A stretch of DNA of 63,760 nt, counting the filler, from Aduncisulcus paluster (taxonomy: Eukaryota), in the NCBI GenBank assembly GCA_024181965.1. It is 24 parts of 24 records of this genome, joined end to end, with 100 filler letters (N's around TTAATTAATTAA, not from the genome) between each part and the next. Parts side by side here need not be neighbours in the genome. Positions count along the whole stretch, not along the records: positions 36,672 to 37,817 come from BQXS01000638.1; positions 37,918 to 38,924 come from BQXS01000646.1; positions 39,025 to 40,552 come from BQXS01000658.1; positions 40,653 to 43,291 come from BQXS01000659.1; positions 43,392 to 44,983 come from BQXS01000661.1; positions 45,084 to 46,192 come from BQXS01000679.1; positions 46,293 to 47,738 come from BQXS01000697.1; positions 47,839 to 49,084 come from BQXS01000698.1; 16 more parts are not named here. One strand, written 5' to 3'. Shown in pieces: positions 36,672 to 49,402 of the stretch (its first letter is position 1; each line of letters opens with the position of its first letter). The translations under genes and the position numbers were made by a program. The notes beneath the pieces are model-generated. The model saw only the letters and a program-made list of their open reading frames with translations, ran no database searches and was not told the DNA's origin.

Positions 36672-37817
36672 TATAAACTTAAAATGTCAACAGATGAAGT
36701 TATCAAACGAGCAGTACATGCAGTTGAATATGCAAAAACATTTGTTGATGATGTTGAATTTTCACTTGAAGATGCAGGAAGAAGTGAATTACCTTTTATG
36801 AAAGAGATAACACAAGCTGTTATTGAAGCTGGAGCAAAAACAATTAATCTTCCTGATACAGTAGGATATAGATTACCAAGTGAAATTAAATATATGGTTC
36901 AAGAGATGGTTTCATTTATTGATTCAATTAAATCTGATGCAATTGTTTCATTACACAACCACAATGATTTAGGTTTTGCTGTTGCAAATACTTTAGCTGG
37001 TATTGAAGCTGGTGCTGGTCAGGTTGAGTGTACCATAAATGGTTTAGGTGAGCGTGCTGGAAATGCTGCTATGGAAGAGATTGTTATGACACTGAAAACA
37101 CGACAAGATCTATTTCCTGGAATCACAACAAATATCAATACAAAAGAGATATACCAAGCTTCTAAAATGGTAGCAAACATAACAGGAATAGAGCCTCAAC
37201 CAAATAAATCTATTGTAGGTAAAAATGCTTTTGCTCACGAAAGTGGTATTCATCAAGATGGTGTTTTAAAACATCAAGAAACTTATGAGATTATGAAACC
37301 TGAAGATATTGGTATTGAAAAAAACAATTCTATTGTTTTAGGAAAACACTCAGGTAGAGCAGCTTTTAAAGACACTTTATCACATTTAGGATTTGATGAC
37401 TTAGATAATGAAGCATTGATTTCTGCTTTTGAAAAATTCAAAGCAATTTGTGATAAGAAAAAAGAGATTACTGATGATGATATCAGAATGATTGTTACAG
37501 ATGAAAAACTCAATAACAATAAAACATTCGAGATCACATCTGTTCAAATATCAGACTGTTCAAATGGTGTACCAAGTGCTGTAGTTACAATTAAACACGA
37601 AGACAAAGAGATAACAGATGCAGGGATTGGAGATGGTGCAATGGATGCTATTTTTAAAACAATTGATAGAATTACAGGGTACAATGGAACACTCATTAAC
37701 TATAAAGTAAACTCTGTAACAGAAGGGAAAGATGCCTTAGCAAAAGTAAATTGTCAGGTTATTTTCAATGATGATAAACAGGCTGTTTTAGGACATGGTC
37801 TTAGTTTAGATACTATG
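36672..37817 (+). CDS. leuA: 2-isopropylmalate synthase, internal fragment (Campylobacterota-like)
   Basis: [55 protein letters not shown] and the regulatory domain (VTEGKDALA). Confidence 0.97.
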
Positions 37818-37917
37818 NNNNNNNNNNNNNNNNNNNNNNNNNNNNNNNNNNNNNNNNNNNNTTAATTAATTAANNNNNNNNNNNNNNNNNNNNNNNNNNN
37901 NNNNNNNNNNNNNNNNN

Positions 37918-38175
37918 TTGTTTGATCAAACAGTGCCGCGATGCAGCGTGTGAATCTTGATTTGAAGTACGGCTGAACGCCTCTAAGCCGGAAATCATGC
38001 TGGAGATATCCGTGTTTCGGGTTGGTTGTGCCTTGGGGGGTTGAATGTGCGTTTCATGTCCTCGGATGTGTTATGCCGTTTGATTTCTACCAAGTGCCGT
38101 TACGGGACAGAGTAGCTCAATGATAGGGTTGGTCTTCGGGCCATCTTCGTGGGGCACTATGCGTTTATGTCAATG
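37918..38175 (+). rRNA. 3' end of eukaryotic LSU (28S) rRNA, partial; 3' boundary approximate
   Basis: GGCTGAACGCCTCTAAG..ATCATGCT (from 37971) matches the conserved 3' LSU segment; AGAGTAGC near 38109; UUCG hairpin TGGTC-TTCG-GGCCA; GT-rich composition. Confidence 0.75.
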
Positions 38176-39024
38176 GTCATTGGTGATGATTATATTGCTG
38201 ATGGCCGGCATTTGAATAGTAATAGAAACTGTCCTCCTGGTTACCTTTCTCTCCGGGGATTGGTGGCTGTTTATAATCAATCTGTAGCGGTGCTGTTAGT
38301 TTACTAGCGGTATTGCTTTGAAGCCTTCTTGAAGACGACAAGATGTTGCAACCACAGTGTACAAGTAAGAGAGTCTTTGTGCTCGATTCTTTGAGCTGTT
38401 GGGAGTGCAAAAGGTGATTTATTTCTTTTAATTATATTTTCTTTTGTTACTGAGATCTGATTCTTTAGTGACATGATTTCTGGTGTGATGTGTGTACTCG
38501 AAATTTTTTTCTTTGAGTGTATTTCACCCACCAAATCTTATATTTTATTTAAGTCAGTTAATTTTTTCTGTGTGCAGGACGCTTCAACTTGAGAAACTTT
38601 ATTCTATCAATTTTTTTTTTATTTTCACTCACTAGTTAAAATGCAGTGCCAGAAAATTTTTGAGTTTTTCACTCCTCTAGACGCAATTTGACGGGGTTGA
38701 AATCGTGTTTTTGGGTGTAGAAAAATGATCTTCGACATAGATGAATTTTCAAAAAAAAAAAAAAACAACATCCAAGCAAAACAAAGCCATAGTACCATCA
38801 TGTAAGATACGATTGGAGATATAAGAATGAAATAAACATAAGCTTACTATACTATTACTATTGTTTTAATAATGTGGCTGTACCTTACCTCACCAGAATA
38901 TTTCACTTATGAGCACTTAATGTTNNNNNNNNNNNNNNNNNNNNNNNNNNNNNNNNNNNNNNNNNNNNTTAATTAATTAANNNNNNNNNNNNNNNNNNNN
39001 NNNNNNNNNNNNNNNNNNNNNNNN

Positions 39025-40149
39025 GCGCTTGTGCTGCCATTGGGATAAACTGAAGATACTTTTCTGAAGAATTGAAAAACTTGAAAGAACCGATAGATAA
39101 GGTAATAAAAAGAGGCGATAAGCCGATGATGATACACAAAACAATTTCACGGGAATAGCCCAAAACAAACAGTTCTATACATATTCCAACATAATTTGGC
39201 CAAAGGAAATCAGGATAGAATCCTTATCTTTCATGTCTAGACTGGCTAGAGATGCAATGAGTAAAATGATTGGCAGTAATAAAAACCAAGAATTTACAAA
39301 CCATCCAAAATACGAAGTGCAACCGCACATAACAAATGCGATAAAGATGCCAAAACACGACAAGGCCTCGTAATCAGTTGAAATTAAGACCCGAACTCCG
39401 GTTATTAAAGAATCAATTCCAATAATAATTCCAAAGACAGAACAAAATTTTGCAAATCCAGAATAATCTTCAGAATCTTCTTCATTGAAGATCTGTAAAT
39501 ATATATATAATTGAATGAGAATTCCTGAAATAAAAAAACTAATCGTCGCAAAAACTATTTTTGTTCGTGGTGAAGCTATAGGATGTAAATCCTCGGGATC
39601 TGCCAACGCTTTAGAATCCTCGGAATCTTCCAAGGTAGCAAGTCCAAAACATTGCCATACAAATCCAAAAATTACAAGAATGGGTAAATAGACTTTAAGA
39701 ATGGTTGAAATAGGCATGCCTTCATCTTCATCCTCGTCATATGAGTCTTTCACAGATGAATTGACTTGATTACGAGCTATCTGAACATTTTCGAGGGTTG
39801 AGCCATAAATGTCTGAGTTATTTTGACATTTGGACAATTTTAGATCTTCGACTCCAATGTTATTACCATTATCATTCGTATTGTCAACGAGAGAAGGGTC
39901 TTCTCTGCCAAATAGTTTCTCACGATATTCAACGGAGGGCTCGGGGTTATGTTCAGCTAAATTGTCCATTTTATGAGTATTATGGTGGAAATTACCCTTC
40001 ATAGCATTTTTATCCAGCTGTGACCATGATTCTGTCAATTCAGTGTGATCTGGAGGAATACTCTCATAATAAGGCATTTCAGAGGAATGAGCATCAGTAA
40101 TAAGGATAAAGAGCATAAAAAGAATGAAAAGAAATGTTTGAAGACGCAT
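39025..40149 (-). CDS. Signal-peptide-bearing multi-pass membrane protein, apparently frameshifted near 39190-39230, 3' partial
   Basis: MRLQTFLFILFMLFILITDAHS, then several TM helices. A second frame continues with TM-like GICIELFVLGYSREIVLCIIIGLSPLFITL past the TAG at 39175. Confidence 0.55.
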
Positions 40150-41129
40150 CTTATGGCGTCCAACGCCAGAATACATGAAAATATTATTATTCATGAAGAA
40201 ACGCAATGATTATTGACTATTTTGAATGTCGTGGGAAATTTACAATAAAATATGAAGATACAAAAACCAAAATAATCCTGAAAAAGGGAATATTTTGCCG
40301 AGAATGCTGACAAAATGGGATTATTCGATTATTTGATCATTGAGTGATAGAATACTTGATTCCTTCGGCGGTATTATCTTTAATTTCATTTTTCTCAAGT
40401 TATTATTTCAATTATATAATATATAATGTTGATTTATTTAGACGTAGTATTTCATTGTTTCCTCACTGAGCAAAAAACTTTGAATATCACAAATACGCAC
40501 TTACATCACCATTTGAAGGAAGAATCTTCAGTAAAAGTTTGCTATTTCACAGNNNNNNNNNNNNNNNNNNNNNNNNNNNNNNNNNNNNNNNNNNNNTTAA
40601 TTAATTAANNNNNNNNNNNNNNNNNNNNNNNNNNNNNNNNNNNNNNNNNNNNAAGGAAATATTTATATTGCTATCCTGATTTGTCGAGAAATCACTTTAT
40701 TGTCACCTGAAAGTTTGAGACTTCTCGATTTGAAATCAAAATGATTGTTTTCAATCTCTTCCAAGTGAGAAATTTGTTCATGGATATTATGAAGAAGTTG
40801 AAAACGGAAGAATACGAAGAGGAAGAAGAAGAGAGTGACCACGAACTTGTATTTATTGCATAATAATGGGAGATATAAATGAATAATATTCACATCAGAC
40901 CCATAAACATATACCACATCACCAAAAGAAGCCAAAGGGAAAGAAAAGGAAAGAAAAGCTGAAACCAAGCCACTACTGGACCAAATTGAGCAGAAGCCGA
41001 AAATAAATTATGACAAATCAATAAATATTACACATTATAATGGGGGCTAAACCGTTTCATCTATCGAGATCGTTCATCAAGAGAGAACAGTCTGCTCTGA
41101 ACAGACATTGTCCAATATTACACATAGCC

Positions 41130-42121
41130 TCAGAAATCATCATCCATGGTGCCATACATGAGTGAAATATTCGTGTGAGAGTGTGAAAGATCCGGATAGA
41201 TTGGAGGTGCTTCATGGGTCACAGCAGGCTCAATGGGATCGACAAGAGGGCCCACTCCTTCAAACGGGACAGAGGGATGAGGAGCATCAGGGGGTGCAGG
41301 AGTAAGGAGAGGAACAGAGGGATCGTCATCAATCGCATGGAACACAGCTTCTTTACGTTGTTTTTTGGAGGATTCTGTTTTTTTTCGTTGTTTTTTGGAT
41401 GGAGAGGGGTTTTTGCCATTCCGTCTGTACTTAGGAAGAGATAAACTTACATATGATCTGTCATTTCCGATGATTGAAATGATAGTTATGATGGCCAAGA
41501 CGGGGATTATAATGTAAAACCAGAGAATAGGGGGTTTAAAAAATATCGCAGCCCAAAACAATATGGTAGTAAGGATAACAAGAGAGACGGAGACTCGAAG
41601 TTTAAAGAAGAAGAAATTGGAATGCTCATCGATGTATTGAGCCCGACTTATACCACATCTGACAAGACAAATAAAAAAGATGATTGGTACAATAATACAC
41701 AAGGGAATATATCCGACNNNNNNNNNNNNNNNNNNNNGGGGATTATAATGTAAAACCAGAGAATAGGGGGTTTAAAAAATATCGCAGCCCAAAACAATAT
41801 GGTAGTAAGGATAACAAGAGAGACGGAGACTCGAAGTTTAAAGAAGAAGAAATTGGAATGCTCATCGATGTATTGAGCCCGACTTATACCACATCTGACA
41901 AGACAAATAAAAAAGATGATTGGTACAATAATACACAAGGGAATATATCCGACCACAAACCAAAATACTTTCCAAAAAAAAGAAAATGGTCGCCATTCAT
42001 AAAAAACATTAATATATATAATGACAGAACCACAGAAAGTCGAAGTCGTGAAAAAAGCCCAGGGTATAATAAAACTCAAATCACAAGTGCAAGGCATTCT
42101 CATTGGATCATTGTTGATCAT
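41130..42121 (-). CDS. Hypothetical 4-TM protein with basic and Pro-rich tail; about 251 aa after removing the duplication; start uncertain
   Basis: The two track ORFs merge when the 236-nt offset duplication is collapsed. Confidence 0.6.
41502..41953. other. Assembly artefact: 216-bp duplication (41502-41717 = 41738-41953) around a 20-N gap
   Basis: Offset 236, sequences match. Confidence 0.9.
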
Positions 42122-42756
42122 TTTTTGTGATGTAGAGTTCTTCGAAAAAATGAATGATCTGTTTAAAAAGATTCAGAATAATTATTGAAGCGGATAAAGG
42201 AATAATCCCAATAAAACCAATATATTTCCAATAATAGTAAATATAGATGGAAAATAACAGTATAAAAAATTCCTAAAAACGGTGGAATTGAAGACAAAAA
42301 GGGAAAAATATATTTTATTGTTGATATCATTCATATAATCTAATAATTTCATTAAATTTTATTAAAAAAAGGAAAGAAGTTTAACATTCTTCTTCAGTTT
42401 TACTTGACCCAACCGTGCAATTCGCCGAAATATCCATTCGAAATATCTGCATAATTTTGATGAAGAACTCGTATTTGGAACAATTATTTGGCTATAAATT
42501 GCAATATAGGAATGATTTCTCCCAAATCTATAAATTAATCTGAATGTCTTCAAGTGTTGAATGGATAAGACATAAATGAACTGAACTTGTCACCTCCTTT
42601 CAGCTAATATAAGCCATTTTTTCAATTTTAAAAAATATTTTTTATTTATATGGTAAAATTTTCTTTGACATTTTCAGGTGATGAAAACATTTCTCCCTTA
42701 ATAACCATAGATTTTGAAATATGGCAAGTTCTTGCTGTTTTGCTCACCTAATTAGA

Positions 42757-43291
42757 ATGAAACGTCCATATATTGAATCTTTAATTCAGGCAAGAAAGAG
42801 TTGCCGACGTTTTGAAAAACATTCTGATGAATTTCCTGGTAAGAAAGAAGCCATCACAGCCATCTGCCAAGCCGCGAATAGTGCCCCAAGTGCAGGGAAT
42901 CTTCAGGCTTATAAGTGTCTTGTGATTCACAAAAAAGAAAGAATCAAGCGATTAGCTCATTATTGTCAAGCATTCGTCCGAGATGCCGATTTCGTATTGA
43001 TGTTTTTCTCTGACAGCGCTTCCTCATCTCGTAAATATCGTCACCATGGTGCATTATTTGCGACTCAAGATGCGACGATAGCTGCAACATATGCCCAATT
43101 GGTTGGTGAAGAGTATGGGCTTGGTTCATGTTGGATTGGAATTTTCAATGATGCTATCACCTCCACATTTTCGATTGGTGATCTTTCTCCAATTGCATTA
43201 ATCCCATTTGGGATTAAAGAAGGGAAAAAAACGGGGATTAAACTCCCTGACAGTCCTGTTGAAGGCACTAAGCACCGAAAAGCTCTTACAG
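42757..43291 (+). CDS. Nitroreductase family (FMN-binding) protein, 3' partial
   Basis: RKSCRRF, AANSAPSAGNLQ, DATIAATY, YGLGSCWIG, IALIPFG. Confidence 0.92.
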
Positions 43292-44490
43292 NNNNNNNNN
43301 NNNNNNNNNNNNNNNNNNNNNNNNNNNNNNNNNNNTTAATTAATTAANNNNNNNNNNNNNNNNNNNNNNNNNNNNNNNNNNNNNNNNNNNNAGGGATTCA
43401 GAAGGATGCTGGGCATAAAGGGTGGGATTGGAGTTGCCGAAAAATAATAAACAGGACAATGCCAATATCAAGAACGGTAAAATGAAATAATCCAACAGGA
43501 TTCTCAAAATACCTTCAGAATGGTTCAATACGGGGAGATGAAAAGTGTCCCACATAGAAAAATCTTGAAACGGATTTTGTTTCATTGAAGTAGATATATA
43601 ATTGCTTTAAATAGTCGATATTTTCAAAATAGGTTGAATTATACCCTTAGAGCGTCGGGGAAATGGATCAGTTTGAAATTGGCAAGAAATGAGATGATTA
43701 CAAATATAAATGTTCGAAAATATTCAATAAAAAGGAATGGTATTTTCTAATATTCGAATTTTATTTTCCCAACATAATTAATATTGGAGTTTTCTGTTTT
43801 TGTCTTTTTGTTACGGGGTAAATTTAAATTTTCTCAGTTTTCACGGCACAAATGAGTTAACAATATGAAAAAAAAGACATTTTCATTGATTTGAGTTAAT
43901 TTGTCATGATAGGATGTCGTTAATGAACAATAAACAAATATGTTTCTTTTTTGCGAAATTATTCCCATTCGTTGGCAAAATAAAAGTAGAGATATTTTCA
44001 AAAATTCATAATTGGCGACAAAAATCATTGGGGAGAACTGTATAGTACAACAGAAATTCCAGCTCCATGGAAGAGGTTCTATCATTGTATGACTTCCTTG
44101 AAATCGTTATAGTTATGAATTATCTTGAGATTCTAAGTCATTTCCGTTTTGTATTGTCAACTCCAAAGGCTTTGATAAACATCAAAGTTTAAAAGGTTCA
44201 ATTTCTCAGAAAAGATCGAGAAATCACAAAGAATAGACTCTTTTAAGTCATTACTAGCAATAAAAAGAATAAATTAATGACGATAATAAAGTATTATGGG
44301 TTACAAAGGCCATCTTTGACTTAAGAATTGGAGATAATCCTACTTCAAAACAATGATTATCCATTTCACAATCATATATCATTTTAAATGGGATTGATTG
44401 GTATGATTTGACTATTTTGATGCTAGAACAACTTGTTCGTTGTTCGTGATCAACCTTGGTGTGAAAAGTATTCTATCTACACGTTTTGTG

Positions 44491-44983
44491 ATGGAAGAAT
44501 ATCATTCTATCGTCCGTAAACTTTATTCTGAATCCTTAGATGATAATCCTGATCTTAATTTAACAGTTTTCCTTGAAAACACATTTTCAAGCGATTGTCT
44601 TGATTTATCAAGAGTTTATTTCACAGAATATGTACTTGTATCGCTTATCTTGCCGCTACTTAAGAACAAATATTTCCAGCAACATGTAAAACGCGTAATC
44701 TTCCCAGAATCCATCGAAAGTTCATATGTCTCGATGCCTGAATGTTCTGCATTTGATTACAATGGAAATAGATTGTATCCTATTTTTCCTAGCCGGTATC
44801 ATGCCCCACCACTCTGTTTATTGATTGACATGCTCATCATTCTATACAACCTTCGACTCGACGAGTATTTCAACACTGCTTCATTTGTTGAGATTTTCAG
44901 AGATGATACAAGTATTGCAGATGGTTCTGATAGTGTTATCCCCTCCAGTGTCTTTTCCTTCACCTCTTCACATCGAGTGCTTG
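44491..44983 (+). CDS. Hypothetical protein, 3' partial
   Basis: Open frame of 164 codons to the contig end; no motif recognised. Confidence 0.45.
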
Positions 44984-45083
44984 NNNNNNNNNNNNNNNNN
45001 NNNNNNNNNNNNNNNNNNNNNNNNNNNTTAATTAATTAANNNNNNNNNNNNNNNNNNNNNNNNNNNNNNNNNNNNNNNNNNNN

Positions 45084-45140
45084 CTGCTTTTTAGGAGAAC
45101 CGAAGATAGCACCGCCAAGACTACCTAACATGTCACCCAT
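45084..45140 (-). CDS. Start of next phage gene (MGDMLGSLGGAIFGSPKK...), partial
   Basis: ATG immediately follows the previous TAA, with GGAGG upstream. Confidence 0.5.
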
Positions 45141-45524
45141 TTAATTAACCTCCATTTCCGCCACCTGCACTTGCATCCCGGCAACGGTGGTAGTCCAGAC
45201 ATTATTGAAACCGAAGAGCTTGCAGAAACGTACCCACATTTCATCAAGCCGCCCGGTAATTCCTGCTATCTTCTTTTTACCGAGACACCGGGCATACTTC
45301 CGAAGCCATTCCCGATCCTCAGTAAGGAAAAATCTTATTCGCCTGTTCAGCCGCTTGGTCAGCTTCAGGTGCAACTCCAGCGTATCAGGATGAACAGCAA
45401 GGGCTGCATAGCCGTATGCAACACCGCCGGGGGTAACCAGCCTGTACCACTCAAAGCGGTCAACATTCGGCCCGGTCAATGAGCCTTCAAAAATCACCGG
45501 CATATTCTGGATACGTTCAACCAT
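45141..45524 (-). CDS. Phage hypothetical protein (possible GNAT-like fold)
   Basis: Starts 3 nt after the terL stop with a GAGG RBS. LELHL and VRFCKLFGF resemble small phage GNAT-like proteins. Confidence 0.6.
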   Translation of the reverse strand: MVERIQNMPVIFEGSLTGPNVDRFEWYRLVTPGGVAYGYAALAVHPDTLELHLKLTKRLNRRIRFFLTEDREWLRKYARCLGKKKIAGITGRLDEMWVRFCKLFGFNNVWTTTVAGMQVQVAEMEVN

Positions 45525-45527
45525 GCG

Positions 45528-46192
45528 TTACCTCGCAAACATGTTGTAGTCGCTTTTAACCCTGCCGCGCCGCTTCGGTGCTGGTGGACGATGACCAACA
45601 GCCAGATAACGGAAAGCATCAGAACCGTGTGAGGTCCAATCATGCTTTGGTCTATCTCGCCATGTTCCGGCCTTGTCATTCCATTCCTTTTGATAAGCTT
45701 CCAGAGCCTTCAGCCCTTCGCTGCAATTCTCTTTGTCAAACCAACAGCGAGGAAGAATCATGCGTACTTCGTCAATGCCTTCCATGACTGACAATGATGG
45801 AGCCACATCAAAACGAATTCCAAGTTCACGAGCTTTTTCTATACGGCTCTTACCGTTCCCCAACTCCTTGACCTGAATGTCATGGGGCGCGATATGTTGC
45901 CCGTAATGATAGCCCTTATTCCTGAGAACTTCGGCATAATGGGCCAGCCCTTCGCCGCTGTTCTCATAGTAGTCAATGATCCTGATTTCTCCGGTTCCAA
46001 GATACTGGGCAAACCAGATAGCGGTGCAATCCGACATACCCAAATCCCAAGCGGTAATAACAGGCAAAATAGGATCATAAGGAACACGGGTAATCTGTCC
46101 TTTCTCCCGGATAAAACGGAACTGCTCGGCGTAATAAGCCCCCTTAATAGTGGCTTCAAAAGCTTCAGCTGAAGTGCTTGGAAATTCTTGTC
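45528..46192 (-). CDS. terL: Phage terminase large subunit, C-terminal nuclease domain, 5' partial
   Basis: QEFPST..EAF..GAYY, TAWDLG..D.TAIWFAQ, IIDYYE, APHD, HDWTSHGSDAFRYLA. Confidence 0.93.
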
Positions 46193-47838
46193 NNNNNNNN
46201 NNNNNNNNNNNNNNNNNNNNNNNNNNNNNNNNNNNNTTAATTAATTAANNNNNNNNNNNNNNNNNNNNNNNNNNNNNNNNNNNNNNNNNNNNCATATACT
46301 CTTCCCCTCGAAAAGAAGATACTGTCCAAAACAACACTGCTGTTCATAGATTGGCCTCAACATTAATCGAGGGAATAATGAATCCTTGGCCTCCCTATGT
46401 CGACGAACACATCTCTCCATCATCTCCCTACCTGAGCACGGCTCTGGCAGAGAGAGACCGAGCATCGTGACCTGCTCAGCACGGAGGTAATTGAAGTGCT
46501 CCATGCTGAGCAAAAAAAAAAAAAAAAAAAGAAAGCCAATTACCGCGGAACGGACGGGGGAAGCGGTCGTAAAAAAAAAAAGCCAAAAAAAAGGGAGGAT
46601 GTAAAAAAAAATTAAAAACACCCTACCAATGGAAGGAGGAAAAGTTCTCTCTTCAAGAAAAAGGATAGCAAGAAATCTTGCCGTCTTGAAGACAAAAGAA
46701 AAACCTCCACTTTAAGGGAAAAGATTCATATCAGAATAAGAAAAACCCTTGACAAAAACATAAAAAAAGAAGAAAAGCATAGGTCAGTACTTGACATGCG
46801 AATGATAACTTCGCAAATCATTGAATGATAACTGTTGTCTGAGACTGTTGCCTACTCAACATTAAAATTACTAATTTTAATTATTAGTAATAATTTAATA
46901 AAACTGCAATACAATATGGACAAAAAATCTCTTGCTATAGTTTATATGTTTGTCTTTACATTCCTTAGTGTTAATGCTTCTTCTTATCACACTAATTCGC
47001 AATCATCGCCCTCAACTCATTTGTTGTCACAAGAATCCTAGAATCTGATTTCTTGGAATCTCTACTGAAACACTGTTTTAAATAAATCGAGGTTCATAAT
47101 TTATTACTACAAGCGTATTTTTATTTGTTTGTTTTGATTTCAATTATTATACAGTACGGCACCGCTGGTTGGAAGTTCCACTTCACCCGGACTATTATTA
47201 ATTTTTTATTGATCCGGGCAATAATATTTTTCACACTATGATTCATACGACATTAATTTAGAAATCGATGTAACCTGTGCCATTCAAAAAAAGGTTTTTT
47301 CTGGTTGAATGAGAACATAATAATATTGTGGGTATTCAAATGATGTGTAAATTATAAGTGTCATCTGTATTTGGGAGTGATTTTGATTGTATCATCAAAT
47401 AGATCTAATATATTCAAGACAATGTTCTGATAATCCGAAACAACGCATCTCCTCCAAAGAAGGTGACAAAGCTGTCTATATGACGAGGCTGAGGCTACTT
47501 CGGAGACGCATCGGACAAGCTGTGCTCATGAGAGCATTTGGATCGGCTGACAAAGCCATATCCAAACTTCTCGACAGAGCTGGCTTTACCAAGAGAGCCA
47601 GAGCTTCGATGGCGTTCCTCTAGTATGTCTAACCCTAGAATAGTTTCATAAAACAACACCTAAGGCTTCCCACACAGTTTTCTATCCCTCCAATGATATT
47701 CTTTCTATTTCAATAACATTTCCTCCACTAATACTTTCNNNNNNNNNNNNNNNNNNNNNNNNNNNNNNNNNNNNNNNNNNNNTTAATTAATTAANNNNNN
47801 NNNNNNNNNNNNNNNNNNNNNNNNNNNNNNNNNNNNNN

Positions 47839-49084
47839 GACAAATCACCTGCAATCTCTCCATAATTGGAGATAACACAGTAAATGATGGATCCTTGTGC
47901 TTCTCTAACAATGTCTGGAACTCACCACCACGCTTCAAAAACTCATATTCTCCGACTGTGACCTGACTCAGAAACGATGGGAATGCCTCTGTTTTGTCTG
48001 AGTCCAGTGAAGGGATGGCCGGGATACGAATCTTCTCCGCACTCAAGTAAGGGGCTTGGAAGGCAAGGAAATGATATGAATGGGAATTCAAATTACCACG
48101 CATCTCAGGACAAAGGTTAGTGTGCAGTATGGTCCAGAGACGTTTCGCAATAGTGTTGACATCGTGCCAATTCAACCCAAAATTGGCTGCCTCTTCCCCA
48201 AAGAAAGTAGCAACTCCATAGGCCACCTCCATGAATTGACTGATAAATTCTTTGAATTGCTTCTTTTCATACAACTCATCGAAATACTTGCATAGTTTCT
48301 TTCCATGCTCCCTCAGTGCCGTTCTAGAGATAATGTCACTTCCATTGTGACAGATCAAGAGAGATTTATCCCTGTCACACACATGCGTCTTTGTGAGATC
48401 AGTCAAGGATGACGGAATTGCTCCATTTCTCTTGTTCATCATAAGCTTAATCTTCTTCCTTCTCCAGCCCTTCACCATGACAGACTCAAAGAGACCTGCA
48501 GTGACACTGTCTCCAACCTTCTCACAGTACCATTGATACTCAGGGGGAACAGAAGGAACAGTCCGCCAATCGTGTGGTTTCAGGGAGGAAGCATATTTGA
48601 GAATGAAAGGGTATGGAGCATAGACTCGGAGAATATCGAGGGAAGGGAATGAGGAGAGAGAGAGGGGATTGGGATGATTCAGCGAACAGGCAAGCAAGAG
48701 ATCATCAAGGAGATACTCAGGGAGTTCAACATCATCATCAGACTTTTTGACTTCACGACCACCCACACTCTTACGATTCTTCTTTATCCTCCTTCTCCCA
48801 CCAAGGATGGCCACTTTCCTTCGTTTCTCATCATTCGCCTTACCTTCCTCATCCAAGGGTCCATATTTTGGATATTTGGAGTAAGTGTCATTAATCACAC
48901 CTGTTACCATCTCATGGATTTCATCAGGAATGAGCTTATTGAGGAATATGGTCGACACAAGAGAACGGATGGGGTTCAGAAACACGGAAGGAGGGAAAGA
49001 AGAGATCAAGGGTTTGTTAAGAGCCTTGACTGCATTGAGAGAAGCGCACAAATTCTTTGCAACACGGATACGAATGTAGTCAAG
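47839..49084 (-). CDS. Hypothetical eukaryotic protein, internal fragment
   Basis: Frame open for more than 400 codons; no motif recognised. Confidence 0.7.
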
Positions 49085-49184
49085 NNNNNNNNNNNNNNNN
49101 NNNNNNNNNNNNNNNNNNNNNNNNNNNNTTAATTAATTAANNNNNNNNNNNNNNNNNNNNNNNNNNNNNNNNNNNNNNNNNNNN

Positions 49185-49361
49185 ACACGAAAGCATTCAC
49201 TTCCTCTTCATCATCCATGCCACAGACATTGTTGACACGCAGATCAAGTGTGGTGAGAGTGGATGAGAGCAAGAACAATGGAGATGGATCAGAGATGTTG
49301 TTATCACTGGCATCCAGATACTCTAACATCGGGAACAGGATCGTGAAAGAGGAAGAGTCAG

Positions 49362-49402
<41 letters not shown>

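Noticed and set aside
46293-46621. 126-aa hydrophobic ORF
   Set aside because: Its N-terminus is translated poly-T tracts; only a short unassignable frame from about 46504 remains.
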